A stretch of 50,836 bases of DNA, taken from NCBI GenBank assembly GCA_003427395.1, contig BFEA01000028.1, forward strand, positions 318,183-369,018, given 5' to 3'. This DNA is from Chara braunii (taxonomy: Eukaryota; Plantae; Charophyceae). The number at the start of each line of letters is the position of its first letter. Within the stretch, counting starts at the first letter, position 1. The notes under the pieces were generated by a model. It had not been told where the DNA came from. It made no database searches and worked only from the letters and a program-made list of their open reading frames with translations. Shown here one piece after another: positions 1-12,087 of the stretch. A program made the translations under genes and the position numbers.

Positions 1-121
1 AAAAAAGCAAAACAAGGAAGGGAAAGCAGAACAAGGAAGGGAAAGAAAAAAGTCAGGAAGGCGGAAAAAGGCAAAACAAGGAAGGAAGGAAGGTAAGCGC
101 CACCTGTTCATCACCTCTTAC

Positions 122-193
122 CTACAAGGCCAGCCACGTGGATGTAGGTTGAGCGCTGGCTGCCCCCATCCCCGTGTGTCACAAGGACCCACT
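122..193 (-). CDS. Possible further small exon of the same gene
   Basis: Pyrimidine tract plus AG upstream and a strong donor (GTAG|gtaaga) on the minus strand. No recognisable domain. Confidence 0.25.
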
Positions 194-395
194 TGCACGC
201 AGCCAAAAGGCAAAGAGGTAAAGAAAAGGAGGAGGAAACCAAACCTGACAGGGAAAGAAAGATAATCCAATTGTCACAAAGCAAATAACACATCCCACAG
301 ATCAACATATCTTTTCTTTTTTCTTTGTTTCTTTTTTTCTTTTTTTCTCTTTTTTTCTTTTTTTCTCTTTTTCTTTTCTTCTTTTTTTCTCTACC

Positions 396-600
396 TGTCC
401 CCACCTCGGCAGATAGGACAGCTACGGTGAGGATGATGTGGATGTTCACAAGGATGCCCAAGGAGAGCTGCGCCAGCACAGCATTCAGCAGGACGGCTAG
501 CACGAACCATCCCATCAAAACAATCCTGACAGAGGACATGTTGTCCACATGTCAAAAACACAGCAGGACGTTCATCACAGTGCGGCATATATTGTCACTC
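396..600 (-). CDS. Probable internal exon encoding a RING-finger-like (C3HC4-type) segment of a spliced host gene
   Basis: Translation HCDERPAVFLTCGQHVLCQDC...SCPICR has RING-like Cys/His spacing. On the minus strand it is bounded by a plausible acceptor (aaacag|AGTGAC) and donor (GACAG|gtagag). The first CxxC pair is incomplete in this exon. Confidence 0.5.
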
Positions 601-1049
601 TGTTTGACGATATATATTCATTGGCCGGTAAAAAGAACAACCTTTCGGATGCACTTCAAGAGGTGCGAAACTCGTCATTTTTTTATTTAATAATGAAAAA
701 TTGAATATGTAATTATTTTTAAAAAAAAACTAGACGACCCGTTGCCATGTCGTTAGCACGAAAACAGGCGGGAGACCAATCTTTTTTTTCGCCTCTTCAT
801 GCGGTCGTTAATTCACCTGTCATTTCCGGTCTTCCATAATAGGAACTATTAGGAAGGTTTTCCTTCTTGTGCTGCGAGCAATGACTCTCACAGTTGCGGT
901 CCGAGAACTCCACACTTTTTTGAGGAAATGATATCCTCTTGATCTGTTTGCTGAGAATTCGAAGTCCGAGTCCGCTCGCTGCTCGTCTTTTCTAAGTATG
1001 TACGTGATCAGCCGGTGTTTCTTTGTATGCCGTGTGCTTGCCTGGTGAG

Positions 1050-1052
<3 letters not shown>

Positions 1053-1121
<69 letters not shown>

Positions 1122-1386
1122 NNNNNNNNNNNNNNNNNNNNNNNNNNNNNNNNNNNNNNNNNNNNNNNNNNNNNNNNNNNNNNNNNNNNNNNNNNNNNNN
1201 NNNNNNNNNNNNNNNNNNNNNNNNNNNNNNNNNNNNNNNNNNNNNNNNNNNNNNNNNNNNNNNNNNNNNNNNNNNNNNNNNNNNNNNNNNNNNNNNNNNN
1301 NNNNNNNNNNNNNNNNNNNNNNNNNNNNNNNNNNNNNNNNNNNNNNNNNNNNNNNNNNNNNNNNNNNNNNNNNNNNNNNNNNNNNN

Positions 1387-1432
<46 letters not shown>

Positions 1433-1453
1433 GTGCGTGTGTGTGTGTGTGTG
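1053..1453. repeat. (CT)n and (GT)n microsatellites flanking an assembly gap
   Basis: Directly visible; N-run 1122-1385. Confidence 0.95.
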
Positions 1454-2359
1454 TCCGAGACACAAAGACAAGCAACAAAACTTGGCATAAGCGCTTGAGT
1501 GAGATCGAAAATAATGGCACGGACGCAAGAAGGGCGGGAGGAGTGTGCAAAGACGGGAGCTGATGTAGCCGGAGCTTACGGTCTAAGGATGTTGGCGAGG
1601 AAAAGTCGGCGGGGTGGAAGATCCCCATGGCGCAAGAGAGATGGGTAAAGCAGGTAAAGACGGGTATTGCGACAAGATGTCGAAAGTGGACAGCCCGAGC
1701 GCGAGGTGAGGAGAAGGAAAAGGAGGAGGGGGAAGAGGAAGGATAATAGATCGCGGCTTACCTCTTTCGCGCGGAGCTGTTCACAACCCCTTCGTCGAAA
1801 AGAAAGAGGTTCGACTCTTGGCGGCGTCCAGAGTCGCTCTAGCGCTCCCCCGCTTCTCTCCCTCACTGTCTCCCCCCCCCCTCCCCTCCCCCCCCCCCTC
1901 TCTCTCTCTCTCTCCCCCCCCCCTCCCCTCTCTCTCTCACTCTCTCTCCCCCCACCCCCCGGTAAGCACAACACCCACACCAACGCAGGCAGCTGCACGC
2001 ATGCGCACACACACACACAAGTACACGCGCAAACGCACGCAAGTATGCACACACACACGCACTACCAGTATTGTTCAGGACGGCGGCGGTACGACCTGGG
2101 CAGAGGTAGAACCTACCGGTCCCCGTAGGCAGATTCTACCGTTGGCCCAGCAATACCATCGACGGCCTCGATTGCAGCGGGAACTTATTCTTTGAGATCT
2201 TCGGATGATCCTTGCCGTCGGCTTGCTAGGCGGCCTGATTCGAGATTTGTTGTTACATTCTTGCAACGATCTGGGCCGTCAACAGGTAGACGGCAGGCGG
2301 CCAAGGTTAGACTTCTTTTTCTTTCTGTTTTTCTTTGAGGAACAAGGGTGGCGTAGTGA

Positions 2360-3850
2360 AGGTCTACAATTGCATACTACAAGGGGTAAAGAACCACGGG
2401 GTTATTTCGGTACTCTTCAACAAAGGTGACAAGTGGGAAGTGAGAAACTGGAGACTGAGGAGGTTTAGGGATTTGATGGGTCAGGGTGTCACCACTCTTT
2501 TATACAAAAAAAGGGACAGAGAGGTCTGCTCCCCCTGCCCTACAAAATGGTGGCCAAAGGGTTGTGCCACAGACTCCTACCGCACATAGGCCATCTCATT
2601 CACATGGACCAAACAGGGTTCATGCCACAACGGAACATCCAGGACCATATTTTACTGGTGGTGAACGAGACCATCAAATACGCGCGGCAGCGTAAGAAAG
2701 ATGCAGCGATCCTATTTATCGACTTTGAGAAAGCGTACGACCATGCACCGCTTTGCGGCAACCAACATTATGATCAATGACCATCTTTCAGCACTGTTCC
2801 AACTACAAAAATCAGACTGAGTGAGACAAGGGGACCCAATAGCACCATTGCTCTTTGTGATTGTCATGGAAGCGCTTGCCTCCCTAATTAGGGCAAACCC
2901 CGTAGTACAACGAATTGACATTCCGGAATTGTCACCATACCTGGTCCCCATTACCTCCCTTTTTGCAGACAATCTCACGATCTTCATCAAAGCCTCACCC
3001 TCTAGCATGCAGACTTTGGCGGATACGATCCACCTCTTCTCCATCGCTGCGGACATGAAGGTCAACAGGGGCTCTCAAACAGAAGGGCGGTGGATCCACA
3101 CAATAGGGGAGCTCCTCCCAGATGACCCCCTGGTCAATTGGAAACCAAAAAAAAAAGTCATACGGATCGTAAGACTCACAACCCTCGGCCTGCCTATGGA
3201 CCATGCGGATTGCCTGTTCCAAACCGCAATCCAAGCTATAACCAAACGGAAAGGCATGTACACTTCGCTGGTGGGAAGGGCCCTAGCCATCAACAACGCT
3301 ATCATATCCATTATTTGGTAAAAAACAACTTTCTGGGTGCTCAGGCTACCCCCAAAACAAATATCGGCCCTGAAACAAACAATTGTTGCTAACCTTTGGA
3401 GGAACAACCATTAACTACGGACTTGTATCAAAAGGGTAGCATGGGCCCAGCTAGTCCAACCAAGAGACAAAGGGGGTGTGAGCATCATCGACGCGGAAGG
3501 AAAAATCAAAGACTTGGTCTTCAAAGTCATAATTAGATTGCAGATGGGGAATGATATCCCATGGTCCCCGCTAGCCAGTATTCAACTGTGTTGTCTAGCC
3601 CCTCACACAATATAAGAAATATCAATTCACCCCCAAACATGGCTCGCAAATCCTGGGTGCAAACTGCCACCACCGTCATGGTGGCACGAAGTCCGGAGAC
3701 AGCCTTGGTTAGGGAATCCGCACATCTTGACCTCGCAAGGTCGGCCTTTTTCTATCAAGCACAACTCTCATTGGTTGGGATGGGTTAAAAAAGTGTCTTC
3801 ATAGTGAGGAACCTTTGGGACATGAGAGTTGGTAAGTGAAAAACAATTGA
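2360..3850 (+). pseudogene. Degenerate, 5'-truncated LINE (L1/Tx1-like) reverse transcriptase fragment
   Basis: Motifs across frames: GVISVLFNKGDK..NWR, QTGFMPQRNIQDHI, IDFEKAYD, RQGDPIAPLLF, FADN (degenerate FADD), SLVGRALAINN. Many stops and frameshifts. Confidence 0.9.
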
Positions 3851-5247
3851 CCACCTAGATCGACTTTTGTCATTGGCTATGCCGAAGGAGGGGATTATAG
3901 ACAACACCACATCCAAAGAGAAAACCTCCATCTTCTGCGTCATCTCCTTAGGCACGGGAGCGGTTGCCCAGGATTAAACCATAACCCTAAAACGTGCTTG
4001 GCGCTGCGAGAATTGACGCACTGGAATAGTCCTGCCACTTGCGCGCACCAGGCACCCTTTTTCTGAAGAGTCCATCATCAGCATTCCGTGTGTTGTTTCA
4101 GTCCAGTCCAGTTTTGCCCGGTACCACTGTAGGTACCAAGGGGAGGATACCTATCTAGTCCAGTCAGTCCGTTGGGGGTATACCTAAACTGCAGTCTGTT
4201 TTCAGGTCATGCTTCATTCTGCATACTTTGGAGTACGTGTGTGTTGAGTCTGTGTCGGAGTTGCGCTTTTCCTTCCAGGTCCACCTCCATCTCCTCCATC
4301 CTCACCCCTTCGTCTTCACCCTAAAGGATCGTCATCCCGTGGGTCCGTCACATCAATACTGTGAGGTGATTTCATGTCGCCCACCGCCGCCAAATATGGT
4401 TTGCCATTGGACAATCCAACTAGTAGTGTTCGAGGTCTGCTATCTGGTTTTGGGATGATGCTCCGCTGTAAGAATAGAGGGACGACAAAATGACCTTTTG
4501 TTTTAGTTGGGACCTTGACACCATCTAATTTGGAGTTGACAAACAACGGTATATGATCTGTCATTGGAATGCTCGTTGAGATGTGGGTATAATTCCAAAA
4601 TAGTGGGGTCATCTGAAGTTTTGTAGATCATCTTCTTTTAATATAGAGACATAACGTTACCTTTTTTTTATAATAATGTTAGTTGTGTCGGTTGTCTTAT
4701 GAGTCTTCTTATAGTATCTTTGATCGTGCACTTTCAAACCACTAGCGGTTTGACTCCACCCCATTGTCACTCTTTGGGGTTAAATGAAAGAGAACATATT
4801 GAGGTAACAGTCTCATAGATCTACCAACCGTCTTCATTTTTTTCGACCACTTGTACTCTTATGAGGCCTGACCAGGATTGTTGTTTGTCCAAGTCCTCGT
4901 TTCTGGTTAGTCTTGTCATTCTGGCCCGAGGAAGCACCGTATCATATGCTTCCAGTGCAGCTTGATTGCCGAGGCAACTCTTAATTCGATAGAGGACCAC
5001 TAGGACAGATAGGGCATTTGCTTCGATTACCCAATCCCCTTCTTGGATAGTGAGACTCTGTCTAACCCTCAAGGTGAATGACTTACGTGCAGTTGTGGAT
5101 TCGGTAGTTGAACCATGGTCTTCCCGTTCAGCGTCTTCAACTTGGTGAGCTCTCGATCAGCCGATCAACGAATGCTTCGTAATCTTCAGCCAGCGGAACC
5201 TTCCGCTTTTAGCTTCGGTTATGATTATTAGGCTTTCCTATTTTTGA

Positions 5248-6612
5248 GTGGATTGCTCGATGAGGGGTTGCATGTGTAAGATTAGGAACAGGTTAATTAT
5301 TTCTTTGTTTGCCCTCTGTTTCGCAACCTCTTTGGTCTTTTTGGCAAGGGGAGGATACAAGTCGGGTAGATGCGAGATGGCGTCATCAAGCGTCTCCCGT
5401 CAGGTTCCTAACCCCTCGGATATGATCGAAGAAGATCGGAAAAGAGTGAAGGACCTGATTCACAAATATTATGCCGAAGGAATTTTACCAGAAGATTATG
5501 ATCCAACGGTCGTGGAGACGGGACCGGATTTTGTCAAAGTTGTGGTTAATGAAGAGTTGTTAAAAATTCAAGCAGATTGGCTACATAATCATGCGGTGTC
5601 AATCCATTTTGGAGACGACGTTACATCCCTCCCAGCGTCAGTCAATAACAAATTGGTTAGAATATATGAGGATGGATGGGCAAAGGCCGGGGCTCCTCGG
5701 GTCCCTCTGAAGAGAGGAATTTTTAGAAACGAGGGGCGCAATTTGGTTACCTACGTTGCTAGTGCCACAAAAATCGCTCACTGGATACTGCGTAAGGAGG
5801 AATATATTATTGAGTTAGATAAAAAAACTTACTCAGTCAAGTTTCGACCCTGGATGGCCGAGAATGAGTTGTTTGAATGGAACGAAGCGTTAAAGTTCCA
5901 GTACTTCTGGGTTAAAGTACTTCAGGTTCAAATCTCGGTCCTTCCACATATAAAAGGTGCGGTGACGAAAACCTTTGGGAAGGTCCTTCATGCATCCCCA
6001 GCCTTTGCGGATCCCATTTCCCCTGACCTATGGTCGATCGGATTTGATCTGATTTCGTCAGCACGAACCAAGTATAAGAGATATCTAGTGGTCGACCTGT
6101 GTCAACAAGGGTACGTGGATCTGGAGGTTGCGAGTGCAGATTCTGAGTGGTGCAGAGAGTGCAAACGGTATTTTCATGACAACTCGGACCCAGAGTGTCC
6201 GATCAATATTCGGAATGACCCTCGCAAATCAGACTATAGAGACGCCGTTTTGAAAAGCAAAGAACAAAAAGGGGATCGACGAAATGAAAGGAAGGGAGAA
6301 GAGCGGGAAAAGGAGGAGGAGGAAGTAAGAGGAGAAAAGGAGAAGGAGGAGGGTAAGGAAGGAGGGAAAGAGGTAAGTGAGATTAGTAACGCAAGGGAGA
6401 AAGATCCCCCGGTGAAAGCAACGAAAAAGGCCAAAACCGCCAAGCGGGCTAATGGTCGGAGTGCTGCGGGAAAAGGGGCAAAGGAAAAATCAGACCGGCG
6501 TCAGAAATGGAATGAAGTAAGTTCCAGGAAAGTTTCTTCAATGGACACAGCGAAGTCAGAACTCCCTGTCCCGCCCCCCCCTCTCCTCCTCCCCCCTCCC
6601 CTCCCCCATTGA
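5248..6612 (+). CDS. LINE ORF1 protein (nucleic-acid binding, zinc-knuckle-like); probably continued by frameshifted sequence to ~7800
   Basis: 454-aa ORF upstream of ORF2 with VKFRPW...FWVKV segment typical of plant LINE ORF1, CRECKRYFH-x6-C knuckle-like motif and charged tail. ATG start more likely at ~5377. The stop follows a poly-C run, suggesting slippage. Confidence 0.7.
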   Translation: MDCSMRGCMCKIRNRLIISLFALCFATSLVFLARGGYKSGRCEMASSSVSRQVPNPSDMIEEDRKRVKDLIHKYYAEGILPEDYDPTVVETGPDFVKVVVNEELLKIQADWLHNHAVSIHFGDDVTSLPASVNNKLVRIYEDGWAKAGAPRVPLKRGIFRNEGRNLVTYVASATKIAHWILRKEEYIIELDKKTYSVKFRPWMAENELFEWNEALKFQYFWVKVLQVQISVLPHIKGAVTKTFGKVLHASPAFADPISPDLWSIGFDLISSARTKYKRYLVVDLCQQGYVDLEVASADSEWCRECKRYFHDNSDPECPINIRNDPRKSDYRDAVLKSKEQKGDRRNERKGEEREKEEEEVRGEKEKEEGKEGGKEVSEISNAREKDPPVKATKKAKTAKRANGRSAAGKGAKEKSDRRQKWNEVSSRKVSSMDTAKSELPVPPPPLLLPPPLPH

Positions 6613-7872
6613 AGGAAAAGCAATTGGAGAAATCTGACTCAGAGGGAGCAGGGAAAGGGGAAACTGAGGAAAGGGTGGATCCGGTGGGGAAAAATCCGAG
6701 GGAGAAGGGGATTGAGGATAAAATGGCGATAAGTAGGCCAGATGGAGAGGGGGATGATCAGAAACAGTAAAGTTTACAGGAATCAGGGAAATCCTTAGAA
6801 GATTTGTGCGGAGACATCAAGAAGCTGACTGATTCAGCAGACTTGGGCTTTGTGCAAACAGGAGGCGTGCTACAACCCACTGTGACACAAAGAAAACAGG
6901 GTAAGGAGGTTGACCCGCAACCCGAAAATAGGGCAGAGAAGGAGGAATCCTCGGTAATGGAGGGTATCACACAAGGGGAGAACAGACTCAAGGCCATGGA
7001 CCCACTGGTTAGACTGTCGAAAGGGAACAAGAAAACCTTAACTGGGAAAGGGAAGCGGCCCATAAATAAGGAGGAAAGATCCAAATGCAGGATAGGGGCA
7101 AACGAAGAAGGGTTACTAGTAAAAAGAGGAGGACAAACGACAACAAGACAGTGTATCGTAAAGCCTACCTGTGTTGTGGGGACTTTTTGGACTCAGAAGC
7201 CGGACCTCCAAAGGCGAGAAAGAGGTCTTGGGACACTGTACCCTCGTGGCAGAGTCTCACCTTTGCGTCTCCAATTAAAACCTTGGAAAGAAAAAAAAAA
7301 AAGTAATAAAAAGATTGTGGAAATTATGGTTCCCTTAATCTGCACGACAACACAGCAAAGAACAACAATCTTCACAACAAGAGTTAATGACAACGTGTTA
7401 GAGCTCCCCACAGTGCAAGTGCAGAAGCAGCTATCGGAATCACAGATAGTGGAATTTGCCCAGTCCGTAACGCTACTGGGACTGGGCAAAGTCCATATCT
7501 TACAGGATCCCAAGGTAGGGAGACACCTAGTACAGATCTCTGACGAGGAAAGGGTGATTCTACACCTGGCCTTTTTTGTGCTGGTATCCCTGTAAGGGTC
7601 CCGGGAACAGTGGGCAACATTGAATAACCATTGGTTCCCACTGGCGTCCTTGACAATGGTGAACTATGAGGCCTTATCGGACATTCGCGTAGGGACTTCC
7701 CTATCTGCTAATCATGTGGTTGAATGAATAACCTTAGTGGATGCACAATAATTCATGTGTTCTAACAAGTTCACATACCTGATCTTGGTCTTGGGTTAAC
7801 AAATTCGGTCCCCGTGTATTCCATTGATTGAGGAAACCCGTATCCAATTCGAAGACGGCGAGGAACTGAATA

Positions 7873-8613
7873 ATGGTCTTGCGCAATCGGATTAGATTAA
7901 TAAATTGGAACATAAGAGGCCTTGGTAATACGTCTGGTAGATACAAAAAAAAAAGATTAATGGCTTTGATGCATTCAAAGAAGGCACATATAGTGTGTCT
8001 CCAAGAAACAAAGCTTAATGCTGAGAAAATTCAGGAAGTGGCCCGTTGGTGGAGGGACCCTCAGATATGGTCTTCAGCTGATGGTACAAAGGGGGGAGTG
8101 GCCATTCTGATAAATAAGGATCTGCAGGTGGAGGTAATAGACTCCTTTTCTGACCCAATGGGGAGATGCGTTTGGGTCAAACTGGCGGTGGAGGATGAGG
8201 AATGGGTTGTAATGTCAATCTACGCGCCAGTTGACTACAAGGAGAGAACGAGGTTCTTTGCCCACCTCCCGGCCTGGATACCCGACGTTGAGAACCTAGT
8301 AATTATAGCAGACGCTTGGAATACAGTCTTCAACCCGGGTCTTGATTCACTCAAAATCTTTCCTATGCGGGAAGACTCCCTAACACTGTTTGCTTTGGCA
8401 GATGCTCAGAACCTTACTGATGTTTTCATAATCCTAAACCCTGACGATAACAACTTTACTTGGTATGGACCTCCCCCTACTCCCACCTCCCCTCAACCTC
8501 ACAAGATGCTTGATTTTTTTCTACAAGGGGAGTTATTTGCAACAGGTGTATGGAATGTGACCTGTTGGTGGATACTCTCTCTGACCACTACCCGGCGTAT
8601 ATGGATATTGTAG
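7873..8613 (+). pseudogene. LINE ORF2 apurinic/apyrimidinic-type endonuclease domain
   Basis: NWNIRGL, CLQETK, GGVAIL, SIYAP, DAWN (degenerate GDFN), FTW, LDFF. The SDH motif is shifted into another frame. Confidence 0.92.
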
Positions 8614-9016
8614 CCAGAGCGCAGTTTGAGAAGACCAGACCCCCTTCCGTCTAAATGTAAACATCCTAAAAAACAAGGGGATACCGGAATGGATAAAATG
8701 CCCAATGGCAGCATGGATGAACGCCAAGGACCTATTTCCACAGGAAAGTAGGTGGGCCGAAGTGGGTTTAGGAATTATTTCTGCAGCTTTGAGCACGTTC
8801 TCCAGGATAAAAGCGGCGAATAGGGATTGGAAGGAAAAATGTCCAAGAAAGGCGGTGGAAGAGGCTGAGCAGAAGATGGGGGCGGATCCATTCTCTGATT
8901 TCTATTGGTCCAAATGGAGAAGGGTCAACCTAGCATTGCTAGAGGAATTGGAACTTAAAAAATAGGAGGATTGGCTTAATTGGCTCAAACTGCGAGGGTT
9001 AGTTGGGTATGACCGT

Positions 9017-10621
9017 ATGACCAAGCTAACATTCAGATCCCTTATGCTAAGTAAAGTCAAACCAGTGATCAGAGAATTAAGACACCCTTCTGACCCTTCG
9101 ATGCAGGTAGTGAGTGACATTGAAAGGATGAACAACTATGCCCTTTGCTACTGTAAGGATATAGTTACAACGAGCAGGCCAAACGACAATTGTGATTCGG
9201 ACCTGTCCATAGCGTCCCATTTCTGGGACAACATAAGGGTAACATTGCCCGTCGTGGGCACTGTTTTTTTGGGCATCCCCTTTTCCCCAGAGGAATTACA
9301 TCAGGCAGCTAGGCGGATGGCAAAATGGAAGTGTCCTGACCTTGATGGCTTACCGGTTGAGCTCTTTCTCGCAGTTTGGGACTTTTTTGGCCCTTTTCTT
9401 TGTCAGATTTTTAACAATGCATTGATAACGGGTCATCTCCCTCAGAATTGGCTAGTAGGAGTTATCTCCCTGTTATACAAAAAAGGCGATAAGGAGAAAG
9501 TTAAAAACTACAGGCCTATCTCAGTGCTTAATGTAGCCTATAAGATTTTGGCTAAGGCGTTAGCGATCCGGCTGTCCGGCCTCTTACCGAATCTAATAGG
9601 CTGGGAGCAAGGGACTTTTGTACAAGGGAGATCGATATTCGACAACATAATGGCCACCATCCAAGCGCTAGAGGTCTTGGGGCGTGAGAAACAAAACGTT
9701 GCTATTCTGCTGTTAGATATGGAAAAGGCCTACAACAAGGTAGGTTGGACCTTCGTGTTTACAACGTTGTCCAAAATGAGGTTTGGACCAGGTTTTTACA
9801 GATGGGCCAAAGCAATGTATGCTGATGCTACCTCGAAAGTGTTGGTCAACGGATATCTTTCGGAGTCCTTTCCACTGTCAAGATCCCTAAGATAAGGGTG
9901 CCCTCTGGCTCCCTTGCTCTTTGTAGTCCAATTGGAAATATTGTTATGCAACATTAGATGCAATGATTAAATAGTGGGCCTTTGCCTCCCCCCAAATATT
10001 CAGTGGAAGGGGGGTGCAATAGCCGACGATCTAACCATTGCTTGCGCTAATGAACCACCGGCTCTCATTGAACTAAGAGGGGTCTTGGAGAAATATTGTT
10101 TTCTCTCTGAGGCCTCAATAAACTGGGAAAAATCAGTCTATCTTCTGCCCCCCATGTATACTTTATGTGTAGATTGGGGTTTAAGACCCATCCCGACGAA
10201 TGCGTCAGATCGCTTTTGGGGGGCTCATGTGTCCCTCACTGATTGCTCAAAAGCGCAAGACAGCATCCTAAAGGATAAAATCACGGTCAGAATTATGGAC
10301 TGGGCTAGAAAATTTCAGCTGTCCGTTTTTGGAAGGGCTTTGGTTCTCTCGTCGGCTGACTTCTCTATCATGTGGTTCCCCCTAACTGTGCATCTGCTGG
10401 GGGATAGTGCCTACAAGGCTATAAGGAAGGTAGGGGCTAAATATGTGTGGAAGCCACTAGCCACTGAAGACCAAGGTTTCATTGTCAAAGTTGCATGGGA
10501 AACGGTGGCCTGTCTTAGAGACCAGGGTGGGTTGGGAATCTTAGACCCCCTACAACAGAACATAGCCGTGTTGGCCAAGTGGCCAATCCAAGCAATATTC
10601 GGATTAAAGGATAAACTATGA
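9017..10621 (+). pseudogene. LINE ORF2 reverse transcriptase domain with in-frame stops
   Basis: KCPDLDGLP, LLYKKGD, NYRPISVLN..YKILAKAL, LDMEKAYNKV, SLR*GCPLAPLLF, IADD, GGLGI. Confidence 0.95.
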
Positions 10622-11097
10622 GTCTTGTTGGCAAAATATATTATGCAAACATAATGGGATCTTCAGGTAGGAGCCTACGTGTGGCTCTGTCTGCAAATTG
10701 ATTTTTTTTGTCAAAGAAGGCCTATGTCTCGTCTGTGGAGAAGTATCCTCACAACTTGGAGAAAGGTCAAACCCCAGACTGTGATAGAATCGTCGTCCAA
10801 GGTGAAAATTTTGAATCAGATCCTATTCGAAAACAAATATATAACGCGGACAGAGGGAGAGCCTTTATTGGCAGACGGAAGCCCAGGCTCTTTTGGGAGG
10901 GCATGGGTGGAGAAGGGTGTGATTCAAATTAAAGATATATGGGATGCTGAAAATGATTGTTGGTACTCGGTAGAAACTATATAAAGGAAACTTTATCGGC
11001 TGCGCAGGATGAAGGAGAACTTCGCTATAGTCAAAAAGGCAATTCCTTACCACTGGGTAGCAGCTTTATCAAAAGACAAAGAATTTAACCCTGGGGT

Positions 11098-12087
11098 TTG
11101 GTTTCAATCTGCAGAAGAGAACCAGAATATTTGGAAAGTTATACGACCTGGATTAAATACAGGATAAAAGTCCAAGCATGGAGAAAAAGTAATATCGAAA
11201 GAGCTCCACTTACCTATGGAGGTGATAAAATTGTGAGGACAACGGTGGGTGCCCAGGAGATTCGGGTGTGGGAGGGTAAGGAGCGGAATAGGAAAAAAAT
11301 TAACATTTTGTCGTTAGTACCATCAACAGGGCAAATAGAACGGTTACCTTTGTTGGTAGGCTGGGCCCTTTCGGAAGGACAGGAGTTGAATGTCCCACTA
11401 CACCGGTATAACACGAAGGTAGGGACGTCGATGCAGAGAGCAAAAGTCGAGAAGAAACCAATATGCACAGCAACAAGAAGACTTCAGCACTTGGGCACAA
11501 CATTCGTGCAGGACGCGGACCTGTTCAAGTTATGGAAGACCTTGAAGAAAAAATCATCACAAAAACAGGCGGCCCTGATGTGGTTACAGTCCCTGCAAGT
11601 GACTGCAACAGCGACCTGGTGTGTCTCTAAAGGAATGAAAATGTCTTCAACTTGTGTAAGATGCAATTGGGGTTGGGAAAACAGTACTCACCTGTGACTG
11701 TTTTGTCCTTTCTCAGACACCATCTGGGAGTGGTGGAAAAAGAAATGGAAAGAGCTTAAGGGACCGAAGATATGGTCGGATGATTTTATACTTCATGGAC
11801 AAACTCGGGTGGTTAGGAATTTTGCATCGGGCACAGGGTACATGGCTCTGATTCGCAGAGGTATTGTGAGGGAAGCCATTTGGGAAATGAGGAATGCGAA
11901 GGTCTTCAAGTGGGGGGACCTGTCATATCAACAGTTGTTCAGCATCATCAAGCAGAAGATCAAATTAGTAATTAGAGTTGATTGGCGTAGGAAGAGATGA
12001 CTGTGGTTTAATAGGACTTAAGCAAAAAATAGTTATTTTGCAAAGGTGTCCGTTGAAGGAAATCTGATATTAGCAGATTGGCTGTAG
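11098..12087 (+). pseudogene. LINE ORF2 C-terminal region with CCHC (zf-RVT-like) motif
   Basis: CVRCNWGWENSTHL*LFC and IWEMRNAKVF (IWxxRN motif). Confidence 0.8.

Noticed and set aside
820-2195. Long ORFs with HTHT/RERE/SLSL/VCVC runs (also at 15120-16511, 32914-33546 and 48522-49253)
   Set aside because: Artefacts of microsatellites and N-gaps.
3976-3991. Telomere repeat (AACCCTAAA)
   Set aside because: Single unit only; at most a telo-box-like motif.
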